DNA from: Anaerolineae bacterium
GTDB taxonomy: Bacteria > Chloroflexota > Anaerolineae > B4-G1 > SLSP01
NCBI GenBank assembly: GCA_016931185.1
Contig: JAFGFI010000143.1
Coordinates: 5,987-69,986 of the forward strand
Direction of reading: 5' to 3'
DNA: 64,000 bases
In this document: positions 1 to 10,758 of the stretch, in pieces
Layout of the letters: the number at the start of each line of letters is the position of its first letter
How positions within the stretch are numbered: the first letter of the stretch is position 1
The notes under the pieces: model-generated
The model's database searches: none
What the model was told of the DNA's origin: nothing
What the model saw: only the letters and a program-made list of their open reading frames with translations
Made by a program: the position numbers and the translations under genes

Positions 1-321
1 GCACGTCCTGTTCATTTGGGTTTGATTGATGGTATCAAAACGGTAGAAGGTGGAGAAGGCCCCTGGTTGGAGACGTTGAGAGCGTTAGAGCCGGGCGTGA
101 TGTTTGCAGGTAAGAATGTTGTCGCGCTGGATGCGGTCGCGACCGCCGCGATGGGGTTTGATCCCACGGCGGCAGCGATGACCGCGCCATTTGTGCGTAG
201 TGACAATCACCTGGCTCTTGCGGCGCAGGCCGGATTGGGAACCCATCATCTGGAAGAGATTGAGGTGATTGGTCCGGCGATAGAGGATGTGTTGTGCAAA
301 TTTAAACCTTGTGTGGGGTAA
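1..321 (+). CDS. DUF362-like protein, C-terminal fragment (5' end lies outside the window)
   Basis: The frame is open from base 1 (ARPVHLGLIDG...) to TAA at 319-321. The segment GKNVVALDAVATAAMGFDP resembles the DUF362 C-terminal region. Recognised from memory only. Confidence 0.45.
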   Translation, partial: ARPVHLGLIDGIKTVEGGEGPWLETLRALEPGVMFAGKNVVALDAVATAAMGFDPTAAAMTAPFVRSDNHLALAAQAGLGTHHLEEIEVIGPAIEDVLCKFKPCVG

Positions 322-335
322 AAGGGGAAACTGAT

Positions 336-1832
336 ATGAATAATACGCAACTTACAAATATCATACTACATACTGATTTTCAAATTGGCGAGGTAGATCC
401 TCGTATATTTGGTGGCTTTTTGGAACACATGGGGCGCGCAGTGTATCAGGGGGTTTTCGACCCCGAATGTGCCCATGCCGATGCGCAGGGATTTCGCACC
501 GACGTGCTTGTGGCCTTGAAACGGTTGCGGATGACGGCGATGCGGTATCCTGGGGGAAATTTCGCCTCTGGTTATCATTGGCGGGATGGGATTGGCCCGC
601 GCGCGCAACGACCCAAAGTGCGTGAACTAGCGTGGCAGAGCCTTGAACCCAATCAGGTTGGCACGGATGAATATATTCAACTTTGTCACAAGATGGCGTG
701 GACGCCCATGCTCACGGTTAATCTCGGTACAGGGACGCCGGAGGAGGCGCGCGATTGGGTGGAATATTGCAACGCTCCGTCGGGGACCCGGTATGCTGAT
801 ATGCGCGCAGCCAACGGCAGTGCGCGACCTCACGCAGTGAAGCTGTGGTGCTTGGGGAATGAGATGGACGGCCCGTGGCAACTGGGACACGTTCCCGCCG
901 ATCAATATGCTATCCGCGCACAGCAGGCTGCGAAGATGATGAAGGATCTGGATCGTTCCCTGGAATTGGTCGCCTGTGGGTCGTGTGGTGTGGGGATGGC
1001 GACTTACATGGAATGGGATCGTCAGGTGCTTGATTACCTGGGAGAGTTGGCGGATTATGTAAGTCTGCATCGCTATGTGGGCAATCACGATGAGGATACG
1101 GCGGATTACCTGGCGGTTACGAATTCAATTGACCGGCAGATCGAAGAGATGGACGCGGTATGTCGTTTTGTGCAGGCGAAACGCCGCAGTAAAAAACGTG
1201 CTTATCTTTGCTTTGATGAGTGGAATGTGTGGTATAAAAATCACCAGATGGATGGTGAGGGGAAGTTTGCGCCGCATCTGATTGAAGAGGTATACAATCT
1301 GGAAGATGCGCTGGTCGTGGCGGGGTTTCTTCATAGTTTTATTCGCCACGCAGATGTAGTGAAGATCGCCAACATTGCCCAGATTGTTAATGTGATCGCG
1401 CCAGTGTTGACGCGCGGCGATGACCTACTCTTGCAGTCGATTTTTTATCCGTTTGAGATGTTCTCGCGCCGCCGTGAGGGAATTGCCTTACAACCTGTGG
1501 TCAACGGACCTACCTATATAAGCAAGACGTATGGAGAGGTATCTATCATTGATGCCAGTGCGATTTTGGGCGATGGTCGCCTACATGTCTTCCTGACCAA
1601 TCGTAGCCAAAACGAGATTGCAACTGTACAGATTCAGCTTGCAGACCGGCAGTTGACGGCTTTCGAGTGCGCCGAATGTTTGACCGGTCCGGACGCGAGA
1701 GCCGCAAATACTTTTGAGATGCCGAATGTCGTCGTCGCTCGTCCATTTACCGATATCACTCTTGAGGGTGCTATGGCAATACTTGCTTTGTCTCCTTTAT
1801 CTGTGGTGGCGTTGACACTGCAATTAAAGTGA
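336..1832 (+). CDS. abfA: alpha-L-arabinofuranosidase, glycoside hydrolase family 51
   Basis: Typical GH51 N-terminus and catalytic region: IDPRIFGGFLEHMGRAVYQG, MRYPGGNFASGYHWRDGIGP, WCLGNEMDGPWQLGH. I chose the ATG at 336 behind aaaaGGGGaa over the TTG at 309. Confidence 0.9.
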   Translation: MNNTQLTNIILHTDFQIGEVDPRIFGGFLEHMGRAVYQGVFDPECAHADAQGFRTDVLVALKRLRMTAMRYPGGNFASGYHWRDGIGPRAQRPKVRELAWQSLEPNQVGTDEYIQLCHKMAWTPMLTVNLGTGTPEEARDWVEYCNAPSGTRYADMRAANGSARPHAVKLWCLGNEMDGPWQLGHVPADQYAIRAQQAAKMMKDLDRSLELVACGSCGVGMATYMEWDRQVLDYLGELADYVSLHRYVGNHDEDTADYLAVTNSIDRQIEEMDAVCRFVQAKRRSKKRAYLCFDEWNVWYKNHQMDGEGKFAPHLIEEVYNLEDALVVAGFLHSFIRHADVVKIANIAQIVNVIAPVLTRGDDLLLQSIFYPFEMFSRRREGIALQPVVNGPTYISKTYGEVSIIDASAILGDGRLHVFLTNRSQNEIATVQIQLADRQLTAFECAECLTGPDARAANTFEMPNVVVARPFTDITLEGAMAILALSPLSVVALTLQLK

Positions 1833-1924
1833 GCGGATTCTTTTTTTATATTTTTGCATATTGAGTCAAATGGTTTGTCGTTTTTAGGTCGCAAGTTGTA
1901 GTATGAGAATACCTATCAATTCTA

Positions 1925-1941
1925 ATTTCTAATCTTTAATT
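1925..1941 (+). repeat. 17-nt leader motif ATTTCTAATCTTTAATT (copy 1)
   Basis: Identical to 13589-13605. Ends 22 nt before ATG 1964. Confidence 0.7.
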
Positions 1942-1963
1942 TCTATATGGGGGTTCACTTTTT

Positions 1964-4546
1964 ATGATATCTTACCTTGAGTATGAGTTACATCAGGGCT
2001 TTATTCACAACTGGCTGGTCGCTGGGCCACAGGAGGTTCCTGTTGTTGGTGTAGAGGGTGTAATCGGGCGGGCCGGCGAGTGTGCGCGTAAGTTACAGGT
2101 TACGCGTGAGCTTTACGAAATTGCGTCGGGCATTGTGCAAACTCCTGTAGACCGTGCGTCTTTTACGCTTGGGGATACAGAATTAACCTGGCATTATGTA
2201 CGATGTCTGGACGATCACTTTGTGGATCAATCGACCTTTTATCATACCTGGACCTATCTGCGTTCATGGGCTTATGCGCAGGTCAGTGTATGGGATGGGC
2301 AGGAAGTAACCTTCATTCTGACGACCAATGGCCCCGCGGATGTGTGGGTCAACGGTGAGCATGTTCACCGGCACGAACACTTCGAGCATCAAGATCCCGC
2401 GCGTGTAAGTTTCACTGCAACATTGCGCGAAAATGATGAAAGCGGGAAGGGAAATGAGATTTTGGTGCGTTTCGAGGAGGTCGCGGCGCGTGAATGTCCC
2501 TATGTGATGGCACTGCAACTGGTCGGTGTGGATGATGAGGACGTTGAGGTGCGGATTCCTACATCTGTGGAACGTGTTGCCCGGCGGATGATGTATGAGC
2601 GTGTCTTTTCCCAATCTTATCTGGAGGAAGAAGTTAATTGCCGGGGTGCAAAGTTTAACCTGCGTTGGGCAGATGATCTGTCTCCACGTGGAAATTACCA
2701 ATACCAGGTACAAGATGACCTCGGACGAACTCACATTAGCGGCGAATTGGAGGCTAAGCCTGGTGAGGTAGTGGATGTAGGGCACGGCTTCCGATTGTGG
2801 GAACGGCAATATTACGTTGTCTTGCGTCCGATCCCGCAGGAGTACTACGGAAATGATATCCGTTATGAGTGGAAAATGCCGATTTTTGTATTAGATTCCA
2901 GGTACTCCGATACATACTACGGGACTTGTGATGAACGGCGCGCGGAGGCCTTGAAGTATGCTGCTGAGCGTAAGGAGAATGTATTCGCTGAAATTGCGAA
3001 AATGGCCCTGGAGCGGTGGGATGAACTGGATACTGAATTAGTGTTGAGAACAATAGCCGGGATTAACCAGCGCGGGGATTGCAGTGATTTTTATCTGACC
3101 GGGTTGTTGGGTGTCATGTATCGTTATATGGATGCCCCTGCATTTCCAGAAAGCCTAAAGCAGCCGCTCAAGGAGTGTGTGCTTAATTTTAAGTATTGGC
3201 ACGATGAACCGGGGCGCGACGCGATGTGTTATACGACAGAAAATCACAGTATTCTCTTTCACACATGTGAGATTTTGGCCGGGCAATTGTATCCTGATGC
3301 AGTGTTCTCCAATGTAGCACAAAATGGAGCATGGCATCGAGAAAAGGGTGAGGCACTGGCCTTGACATGGCTTAAGCGGCGCGCGATGTACGGGTTTAGC
3401 GAGTGGGATTCCAATTGCTATTTTGAAGAAGATCTGTTGGCATTATCTCACCTGGTTGACCTTGCGGAGCATCAAGAGGTGGTGGAGTTAGCGGCCGTGG
3501 TGATGGACAAAATGTTGTTCACGATGGCCGTAAATTCTTATAAGGGTGTTTTTGGCTCCACGCACGGGCGCACTTATACCCGCCTGATCAAGGGGGCGCA
3601 GCTTGAGGCAACATCGGGTATCGGCCGTTTGCTATGGGGGCTGGGGGTTTTCAATCCGAGCATTCGGGGAGTAGTAGGTCTGGCTTGTTCTGCATATAAA
3701 CTTCCCACGCACATTACCTTAATCGCCAACGAATTGCCCGAAGAAATGTGGCATCGTGAACGACATATCATCAGCGAAGATGGGAACGAAGTGAACAAGG
3801 TGACTTACAAGACACCGGATGCGATGTTGTGCTCGGCGCAAGACTATCATCCGGGAGAGTATGGCTATCAGCAGCATATCTGGCAAGCGACGCTGGATCA
3901 CAATGCCGTAGTTTTTGTGACGCATCCTCCCTGTATGAGTGAAGAAGGGGCGCACCGTCCCAATTTCTGGCACGGCAACTATATTCTCCCACGGGTGGCG
4001 CAATGGAAAGATGCCCTCATTGCGTTGCACAAACTCCCGGCGGATGACTGGATGGGCTTTACGCATGCCTATTTCCCGGCCTATGCCTTCGATGAATATG
4101 CACTTCAGGAACGCCCGGATGGGAGTGCTTGGGCTTTCGCACGCAAAGGAGAGGGGTATCTGGCCCTTTTTGCCGCGCAAGGACTGGATCTTGTGAAATT
4201 GGGACCTAGTGCGTATCGGGAGTTGCGTTCGTATGGGCAGGAAAATGTATGGCTGTGTTATACGGGACGCGCAGCATTGGATGGTAGTTTTGAGGATTTT
4301 CGAGAAAAGACTTTAGCGTTGACAGTGGATATTCAGGGATTGCGTGTGCAGTGTGAGACCTTGCGCGGTGAGACCCTGGCTTTCAATTGGGATGGGGATC
4401 TGCTGCGGAATGGTGTCGTAGAACCCATTACCGGATTTGATCATTATGATGGCCCTTACTGTAAAGCTGAGTTACCTGCAACAGCGATGGATATTCAAGT
4501 GCAAGATTACCTCTTGCGGCTTAGGTTTGCGGAAACTGATGGATAG
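1964..4546 (+). CDS. uncharacterised 860-aa protein. Possible N-terminal jelly-roll, alpha/alpha-toroid and C-terminal beta-sandwich (glycoside hydrolase or polysaccharide-lyase-like).
   Basis: Long uninterrupted ORF between GH51 and lacI-type genes. VWVNGEHV-type sugar-binding-like strand motif. Segment CYTTENHSILFHTCEILAGQLYPD...SEWDSNCYFEEDLLALSHL looks like an (alpha/alpha)6 CAZyme core. No family could be assigned by eye. Confidence 0.7.
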   Translation: MISYLEYELHQGFIHNWLVAGPQEVPVVGVEGVIGRAGECARKLQVTRELYEIASGIVQTPVDRASFTLGDTELTWHYVRCLDDHFVDQSTFYHTWTYLRSWAYAQVSVWDGQEVTFILTTNGPADVWVNGEHVHRHEHFEHQDPARVSFTATLRENDESGKGNEILVRFEEVAARECPYVMALQLVGVDDEDVEVRIPTSVERVARRMMYERVFSQSYLEEEVNCRGAKFNLRWADDLSPRGNYQYQVQDDLGRTHISGELEAKPGEVVDVGHGFRLWERQYYVVLRPIPQEYYGNDIRYEWKMPIFVLDSRYSDTYYGTCDERRAEALKYAAERKENVFAEIAKMALERWDELDTELVLRTIAGINQRGDCSDFYLTGLLGVMYRYMDAPAFPESLKQPLKECVLNFKYWHDEPGRDAMCYTTENHSILFHTCEILAGQLYPDAVFSNVAQNGAWHREKGEALALTWLKRRAMYGFSEWDSNCYFEEDLLALSHLVDLAEHQEVVELAAVVMDKMLFTMAVNSYKGVFGSTHGRTYTRLIKGAQLEATSGIGRLLWGLGVFNPSIRGVVGLACSAYKLPTHITLIANELPEEMWHRERHIISEDGNEVNKVTYKTPDAMLCSAQDYHPGEYGYQQHIWQATLDHNAVVFVTHPPCMSEEGAHRPNFWHGNYILPRVAQWKDALIALHKLPADDWMGFTHAYFPAYAFDEYALQERPDGSAWAFARKGEGYLALFAAQGLDLVKLGPSAYRELRSYGQENVWLCYTGRAALDGSFEDFREKTLALTVDIQGLRVQCETLRGETLAFNWDGDLLRNGVVEPITGFDHYDGPYCKAELPATAMDIQVQDYLLRLRFAETDG

Positions 4547-4594
4547 GTCAGATTCAGTGTCTGTGGCTTCAAATGTGCCAGCTCTAAGGAGGTA

Positions 4595-4622
4595 TTGTCT
4601 AAACACAGAAATTGTATATAAT
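4595..4622 (+). promoter_or_regulatory. candidate sigma70-type promoter of the LacI-family gene
   Basis: TTGTCT (4595-4600), 16 nt spacer, TATAAT (4617-4622). Confidence 0.4.
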
Positions 4623-4635
4623 AGTTAAAGCCTTA

Positions 4636-4651
4636 TTGTGACAGGTCACAA
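4636..4651. promoter_or_regulatory. perfect 7-2-7 palindrome, candidate LacI-family operator
   Basis: TTGTGAC-AG-GTCACAA lies between the putative -10 and ATG 4665. Confidence 0.45.
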
Positions 4652-4664
4652 AGATAATAACATT

Positions 4665-5684
4665 ATGCCTGATGTTCAAACTAAACGCCCCACATTACGT
4701 GATGTTGCTAATCTGGCTGGTGTCTCCTACCAGACGGTGTCGCGTGTGGTGAATGAGCATCCTCATGTCGCCAATCCCACCCGTGAAAAGGTGTTGAGCG
4801 CGATCCGTGAATTGGATTATCACCCAAATCGAGCCGCGCAGGTCTTAATGACGGGACGTTCGTACACATTACAACTTATCTTATTTGACAATCTTTGGGA
4901 TCCCATTATGTCGATGTTGCACTGGTCGAGGGTGTGGGGTTACACAATGGCTGTCGCAGAGGCCCGCGATTCATTATCTGTAAGCAGTGTGCGCAAGGTG
5001 GTGGAAGAATTTGTGTCGTATATGGTGGATGGGTTGGTGTTGGTGGTGCCCTATCCGCATTTGAGTTATGAGGTTTTGTGTGAGATCTGTCAAGATACAC
5101 CCTTTGTCTTGCTCGGTACTGAATTTGGATCTAAAATGCCTTCTGTTGTGTTTGACCAACGATATGGTACGGAATTAGCAATTACACATTTACTGGGTTT
5201 AGGACACCGTTGTATTGCCGAGATCCGTGGCCCTTTATTAAACTTTGATGCGTGCGCGCGCCATCGTACTTTAAATAGTATGTTGAAATCGAGGAATATT
5301 GCCCCCGGCCCCGTGGTAGAAAGTGACTTTACGGTTGCCGGTGGCTATCGCGCGGCCCAACAGCTCATTAATAGCGGTGAAAGGTTTACGGCAATTTTTG
5401 CCGGTAATGACAAAATGGCTTTAGGTGCAATGCGCGCGTTGTGTGAACATAACTTGCGCGTGCCGATGGATGTTTCTATTGTCGGTTTTGACGATATGGA
5501 TGAGGCTGCTTACCTGGATCCGCCCTTGACTACGGTGCGGCAGGATTTTGATGCTCTGGGAAAACAATGTATTGAGTATTTGGTGTCTTTGATTGAAGAC
5601 ACGGATACGCCTGTGCAACAACGTGTTTTGTATCCAGAGTTGATTGTGCGCCATAGCACGCGGCGGATACAGGAGGTGGGATAG
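4665..5684 (+). CDS. LacI-family transcriptional regulator
   Basis: N-terminal HTH TLRDVANLAGVSYQTVSRVVN...VANPTREKVLSAIRELDYHPNRAAQ plus a periplasmic-binding-fold C-terminus. Start is ATG 4665. An alternative GTG at 4638 lies inside a palindrome. Confidence 0.9.
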   Translation: MPDVQTKRPTLRDVANLAGVSYQTVSRVVNEHPHVANPTREKVLSAIRELDYHPNRAAQVLMTGRSYTLQLILFDNLWDPIMSMLHWSRVWGYTMAVAEARDSLSVSSVRKVVEEFVSYMVDGLVLVVPYPHLSYEVLCEICQDTPFVLLGTEFGSKMPSVVFDQRYGTELAITHLLGLGHRCIAEIRGPLLNFDACARHRTLNSMLKSRNIAPGPVVESDFTVAGGYRAAQQLINSGERFTAIFAGNDKMALGAMRALCEHNLRVPMDVSIVGFDDMDEAAYLDPPLTTVRQDFDALGKQCIEYLVSLIEDTDTPVQQRVLYPELIVRHSTRRIQEVG

Positions 5685-5806
5685 TAGAACTGTATTCTGG
5701 AGGAGGTGAGTCGTATACACAATATGAATATAAAATTAACAACATTTTCTGATAGATTTATGATAATTTCACTCGTTTCTTTAAATAATCTCAAGGAGGA
5801 AGACAG

Positions 5807-7660
5807 ATGAAAGACATTTCACGTCGAGAATTCCTGCGCATTTCCACGTTGGCAACCGCAGGAGCAATTGTGGTCGCGTGTGGTGGCGGCGCTGAACCTG
5901 ACGAACCGGTAGTGACGGAAGAAGCACAACCCGCTCCCCCGACAGCGACCCCCAAGTCAGAGCCGGCAGAACCGGTGCCTGTAGAGGAACAAGTGTGGCC
6001 TCGCGAGGTGACACGTGAGACTACATTAGTGTATGCGTTCTCCGATGTAGAGGACGCCGCTGCCGGTATCGGCAACTTCTATGCTAACAACTGGCACCAG
6101 CGCGCTGGTTCGGCAATGATCGAGTTCCCGTTCTACTATTGCGCGCTCAATGACAAGACCTATCCCTGGATTGCCGAGAGCTACGAATACAATGATGATG
6201 CTACCGAGTGTACGCTGTATCTGCGTAAGGGCGTCAAATGGGCAGATGGTGAAGATCTCAACGCTGCTGACATTGTCTTCACGTACAGTAGCCTCAAGGC
6301 GAAGTCTCCTGACCTCGAAAACTCCAGTTTTGTGGCCCAATATATGGATTCGGTCGAAGCTCTCGATGACTATACCGTCAAGTTCAAGCTTGTGGAACCT
6401 AATCCCCGCTGGCACTTCACCGGCTGCACCGGTCGCTTTGATCGTGGCATCATCCTCGTGCCGGAGCACATCTTCTCAACGGTTGAGGGTGACTGGCGCG
6501 AGTTCCTATATTTCGATCTGGACAAGAAGTGGCCTGTCTATTCTGGGCCGTATACGGTCACCCGTATGGAGAGCCAGGTAAAGCACCTTGACCTCCGCTA
6601 CGAGTGGTGGGCCGTCGACGTTGGCCTGGTGGACCAGATGCCGCGTGTTGAGCGCATCGTGCAGTTCGGCTGGCCCGGTGAGGAAGTCGGTACGCAGATG
6701 TTGATCAACAATGAAGTGGACGTGACACTGGACCTGCGCCCAGCCTCCATCGAGGCGATCTTCGGGCAAGGGGCCGATCACATTACGACCCACACCTTTG
6801 GGGAGAAGCCCTACGGTTATATGGACTGGTGGCCCACCTCGCTGTTCTTCAACACCCTCGAAGAGCCGTACAATAGTCCGGATGTCCGCTGGGCGTTTGC
6901 TTACGCCATTGACCACGATCAGGTGATGGAGGTCGGGTATGGCGGCGCGGGCGTCAAGACCAACCTGCCGTTCCCGGGTTACCCCGGCCTGACTAAGTAC
7001 CGGGATAACTCTACGGCAGAAGTGCGGGCGATGGCTGATGCCATCTATACGCGCGATGTGGCTAAGGTCGAGGAGCGGATGGCGGCGGCTGGCTTTACCA
7101 AGAACGCTGATGGCTTCTTTGCCAAGGATGGTGAGGTCTTTAAGCCTGAAATCCTAACCGTGGACATTTACGGCGACATTGGCCCGGTGGTGGTAGAGCA
7201 GTTGCGGCAAGCTGGCTTTGATGCCACAATGATCAACCCGCCTGATGCCTGGACGATCATGGGAGATGGGAACGCGAAGGCGTTCTTCCGTGGCCACGGT
7301 GGCAGCGTGAAGGATCCCTTCATTACGATGGATATGTATACTAAGAAGAATTCCGTGCCTACCGGGGAGAACGTGGTTAACGAGAGCCATACACGTTGGT
7401 GGAACGAGGATTATGAACCTCTCGTTGCGGAGATGAGCCGCACGTCCCCCGATGACTACGAGAAGATGCAGGAACTCTTCGACAAGGCGATGCAGATCTG
7501 GTATACGGAACTGCCGGAAGTTCCGATTTCCGAGTGGTTCCACCGGTTGGCGATGAACACGACTTATTGGACCGGCTGGCCCAACAAGGACGACGCCTAT
7601 AACACGGCGCCGTGGCACTATTGCTTCGTGATTACCCTGACCCGTCTAAACCCGGCGTAG
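5807..7660 (+). CDS. ABC transporter substrate-binding lipoprotein, family 5 (Opp/Dpp type)
   Basis: Twin-arginine-like signal with lipobox: [21 protein letters not shown]. Followed by a Pro/Glu-rich tether and a family-5 SBP body. First gene of a B-C-D-F transporter set. Confidence 0.9.
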   Translation: MKDISRREFLRISTLATAGAIVVACGGGAEPDEPVVTEEAQPAPPTATPKSEPAEPVPVEEQVWPREVTRETTLVYAFSDVEDAAAGIGNFYANNWHQRAGSAMIEFPFYYCALNDKTYPWIAESYEYNDDATECTLYLRKGVKWADGEDLNAADIVFTYSSLKAKSPDLENSSFVAQYMDSVEALDDYTVKFKLVEPNPRWHFTGCTGRFDRGIILVPEHIFSTVEGDWREFLYFDLDKKWPVYSGPYTVTRMESQVKHLDLRYEWWAVDVGLVDQMPRVERIVQFGWPGEEVGTQMLINNEVDVTLDLRPASIEAIFGQGADHITTHTFGEKPYGYMDWWPTSLFFNTLEEPYNSPDVRWAFAYAIDHDQVMEVGYGGAGVKTNLPFPGYPGLTKYRDNSTAEVRAMADAIYTRDVAKVEERMAAAGFTKNADGFFAKDGEVFKPEILTVDIYGDIGPVVVEQLRQAGFDATMINPPDAWTIMGDGNAKAFFRGHGGSVKDPFITMDMYTKKNSVPTGENVVNESHTRWWNEDYEPLVAEMSRTSPDDYEKMQELFDKAMQIWYTELPEVPISEWFHRLAMNTTYWTGWPNKDDAYNTAPWHYCFVITLTRLNPA

Positions 7661-7677
7661 TCGTATTGCGTAAGCGA

Positions 7678-7710
7678 GCGAGGGGGGCAGTACTGCCCCC
7701 TCGCATTTTC
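7678..7710 (+). terminator. GC-rich stem-loop after the SBP gene (attenuator or partial terminator)
   Basis: gcgaggggggcag-ta-ctgccccctcgc with one bulged G, followed by ATTTTCC. Confidence 0.5.
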
Positions 7711-7896
7711 CCGCAGCGCTGCGAAGGCCTCTAACGAGGTCAGTGGCTACTATGTGGTGGGCTGGTCGGCGGGTGGGAGCTGGCGCAGGGTCGCTGCCCT
7801 CTCCAGATTTTCGAGGTTGGCTGACCCCGGTGAACGTGTCTCAGGATCTGGCCTGAGAGCGAGATGTGATTTTATTATTATATTTATTGGAGGTAT

Positions 7897-8916
7897 TTGA
7901 TGCGCATACCACTCAGTTACGTGCTCAGGAGAATAGGCTTTCTTGTGGCGGTACTCTTTACCGCAGCTACGATTAATTTCCTGATCCCGAAGTTGGCGCC
8001 ACGTGACCCCGTGCAAGAGTTGATCAACCAGAAAATTGCCAGCGGGGGGCTTACATCCGAAGGAGCTGCGGAGTTTCGGGATTCCCTCAGGAAGCTCTAT
8101 GGTCTCGACAAACCGCTGTGGCAGCAGTATCTCACCTACATCTGGAACACTATGCGATTCGACTTGGGCTATTCCATTGTTAACTATCCTCAGAAGGTTA
8201 GTACGATTATTAGCCAGACGATCTTCTGGACCTTGGGCTTTGTGTTCACGTCGACAGTTCTCGCGTTTGTGATCGGCACAGTTGTAGGGGCGTTGGTGGG
8301 ATGGTCCAGGACGTCGAAGTGGTTTTCATGGCTCATGCCGCCGCTGGCGGCGTTCTCGGCTATCCCGGCTTTTATCCTGGCGCTGGTACTTATTTATTAT
8401 CTGGCTTTCAAAGCGCAGTTGTTTCCACTGCGTGGTGGCTATTCCACAACTATGGACAAGGAGTGGTCAAACCCCGCGTTCTTGCTTGATGTAGCTCATC
8501 ACGCGCTTCTGCCAGGCCTATCCATGTTGCTGGTTTCTGTCGGCGGCTGGTCGTTGGGAATGCGTTCCATGATGGTTACTGTGGAGGGCGCGGACTATAT
8601 TACGTTTGCCGAGGCCAAAGGGTTGAAAGGCACTCGTATTTTCTTTCGCTACGCGCTGCGCAACACATTGCTACCCCAGGTCACGTCGCTGGCAATGCAA
8701 CTGGGGCTTATTGTGTCTGGTGCTACGTTGGTGGAGTCCATGTTCAGCTATCCCGGCATTGGAAATCGTCTAGGCGGCGCCATCAGGGCCCTTGACTATC
8801 CTTTGATCTACGGCATCGTGTTTTTTATGGTGGTGGGGATCGCCGTGGCTACGCTTATCGTCGATCTGATCTATCCATTCCTCGATCCGCGCATCTCGTA
8901 CTCGTCAGGAGGTTAA
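7897..8916 (+). CDS. ABC transporter permease (OppB/DppB-like)
   Basis: N-terminus RRIGFLVAVLFTAATINFLIPKLAPRDP, EAA-loop region YITFAEAKGLKGTRIFFRYALRN, C-terminal DPRI. Confidence 0.9.
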   Translation: MMRIPLSYVLRRIGFLVAVLFTAATINFLIPKLAPRDPVQELINQKIASGGLTSEGAAEFRDSLRKLYGLDKPLWQQYLTYIWNTMRFDLGYSIVNYPQKVSTIISQTIFWTLGFVFTSTVLAFVIGTVVGALVGWSRTSKWFSWLMPPLAAFSAIPAFILALVLIYYLAFKAQLFPLRGGYSTTMDKEWSNPAFLLDVAHHALLPGLSMLLVSVGGWSLGMRSMMVTVEGADYITFAEAKGLKGTRIFFRYALRNTLLPQVTSLAMQLGLIVSGATLVESMFSYPGIGNRLGGAIRALDYPLIYGIVFFMVVGIAVATLIVDLIYPFLDPRISYSSGG

Positions 8917-8919
8917 ACA

Positions 8920-9792
8920 ATGCAGAGAGGCCAAGGTTTTAGGGGTTTTGTCAACTATATTCGCCGTAACCCGGCTTTTGGCGGTGGGTTGTTGCTTCTT
9001 TTGTTACTCCTGCTTTTTTCGACGGTGGCCGGTTTTTTTATCCCCAAAGATGGGGCCTATCCGTTGGCCACGATGCCCAAGCAAGCGCCGTCCGAGGAGT
9101 ATCCTTTTGGCACCGATTCTGTGGGGCGCGATCTGCTCCCTACACTCATTTATGGCACGCAGATGACGCTCTCGATCGGTATGATTGCCGGCTGTATCGG
9201 TCTGGGTGTCGGGACTGTGCTTGGTTTTATGACAGGGTATTTTGGTGGGATTTTTGATACGATCGTCAAATTTATGGTGGATGTGTTGATGACGATCCCG
9301 CAGTTCCTGCTGCTGATCATCATTGCCTCGTCGATGCCTAATCCTGAGGAGATGTCGGTCGTGCAAATGGGACTAATCCTTTCGATCGTCGCCTGGGTGC
9401 AACCGACGCGAGCGATCCGAGCGCAGGTGATGAGCATGCGCGAACGCGCTTTTGTGATGATGGCTAAGTTGTCAGGGATGAATGGTATGGAGATCATCAT
9501 CAAAGAATTGATGCCCAACCTTATGCCGTATCTCGCCATCAGCCTGGCGGGTGCAGTGAATGGTGGCGTTCTTGGCTCTTTAGGATTGCAAACGTTGGGT
9601 ATTGGCAACTTGCGGGAGCCTTCGTTAGGAATGACAATCTACTGGTTACGGTACTACAATGCCTTCTTACAAGGCTATTGGTGGTGGATCATAGAACCGG
9701 TGATCGTCATTGCTGCAATCTTTATCGCCTTCTTGCTTCTCTCCATCGGGCTGGATGAGTTTGCAAATCCTAGAACTCGGAGGACGGTATGA
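8920..9792 (+). CDS. ABC transporter permease (OppC/DppC-like)
   Basis: Motifs PFGTDSVGRDLL and ERAFVMMAKLSGMNGMEIIIKELMPN. Six predicted hydrophobic spans. Starts 3 nt after the upstream gene. Confidence 0.9.
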   Translation: MQRGQGFRGFVNYIRRNPAFGGGLLLLLLLLLFSTVAGFFIPKDGAYPLATMPKQAPSEEYPFGTDSVGRDLLPTLIYGTQMTLSIGMIAGCIGLGVGTVLGFMTGYFGGIFDTIVKFMVDVLMTIPQFLLLIIIASSMPNPEEMSVVQMGLILSIVAWVQPTRAIRAQVMSMRERAFVMMAKLSGMNGMEIIIKELMPNLMPYLAISLAGAVNGGVLGSLGLQTLGIGNLREPSLGMTIYWLRYYNAFLQGYWWWIIEPVIVIAAIFIAFLLLSIGLDEFANPRTRRTV

Positions 9793-10751
9793 GCGCGCCA
9801 TTATTGCAGGTTAGGAACTTAAAAGTTTATTATCACGTTGAGGCTGGTGCTGTCAAGGCGGTAGATGATGTTAGCTTTGACATGGACTTTGGCGTGAAGA
9901 TGGGGTTAGTGGGTGAGTCCGGTTCGGGTAAGTCTACGATGGCTTTGGCGATGATGCGTATGATAAAACCTCCTGGCAAGATCGAGGGGGGGCAAATGAT
10001 CCTCAATGGAACGGATTTGGTCACCCTTACCGAAGAGCAGATGCGTCAGACTAAGTTGCGTAATCTTGCCATGATCCCGCAGGGAGCAATGAACTCACTC
10101 AACCCGGTGATGCGTATTGACAAGCAAATGGTTGATGGAATGATCGATCATAATTCGGTGCTTTCTCGGGATGAGTTAAAAGCTCGCGTACAAGAGTTAT
10201 TGGCATCAGTAGATCTTGATCCTAAGGTCGCCAATATGTTCCCCCACCAGTTGAGTGGGGGGATGAAGCAACGTGTGTGTGTGGCGATGTCCATTGCTAT
10301 GGAACCTGATTTGATTATCGCGGATGAACCGACCAGCGCCCTGGATGTTGTGATCCAGCGTCAGGTGATGGAGACGATCAACCGGCTGCAAGTGAAGTTG
10401 GGGTTATCCATGATCTTGATTGGACATGATATGGGGTTGATGGCACAATGTGTAGACCGGGTTGCCGTCATGTATGCTGGCCGGATGATGGAGATTGGAG
10501 AAACGCGCGGGATATTCCGCGAGCCGCTTCACCCCTATACGCAGCTTCTTATCGAGAGTTTGCCTGTATTGGAGAACAAAGGGGTGTTTAGTGGCATCCC
10601 TGGGATTACGCCTTCGCTGCTGAATCCACCAGAGGGGTGTGTTTTCCATACCCGCTGTCCCAAAGCTTGGGATCTTTGTAAGGAGAGGATTCCGCAATTC
10701 GTTGAGGTGCAGTCAGGGCGTTGGGTAGCCTGTCACCTTCATACAGCATAG
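9789..10751 (+). CDS. ABC transporter ATP-binding protein (OppD/DppD-like)
   Basis: Walker A GESGSGKST, signature LSGGMKQR, Walker B IIADEPTSALD, C-terminal Cys-containing oligopeptide-type extension. Overlaps the upstream gene by 4 nt. Confidence 0.92.
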   Translation: MSAPLLQVRNLKVYYHVEAGAVKAVDDVSFDMDFGVKMGLVGESGSGKSTMALAMMRMIKPPGKIEGGQMILNGTDLVTLTEEQMRQTKLRNLAMIPQGAMNSLNPVMRIDKQMVDGMIDHNSVLSRDELKARVQELLASVDLDPKVANMFPHQLSGGMKQRVCVAMSIAMEPDLIIADEPTSALDVVIQRQVMETINRLQVKLGLSMILIGHDMGLMAQCVDRVAVMYAGRMMEIGETRGIFREPLHPYTQLLIESLPVLENKGVFSGIPGITPSLLNPPEGCVFHTRCPKAWDLCKERIPQFVEVQSGRWVACHLHTA

Positions 10752-10758
10752 AGTCGAG

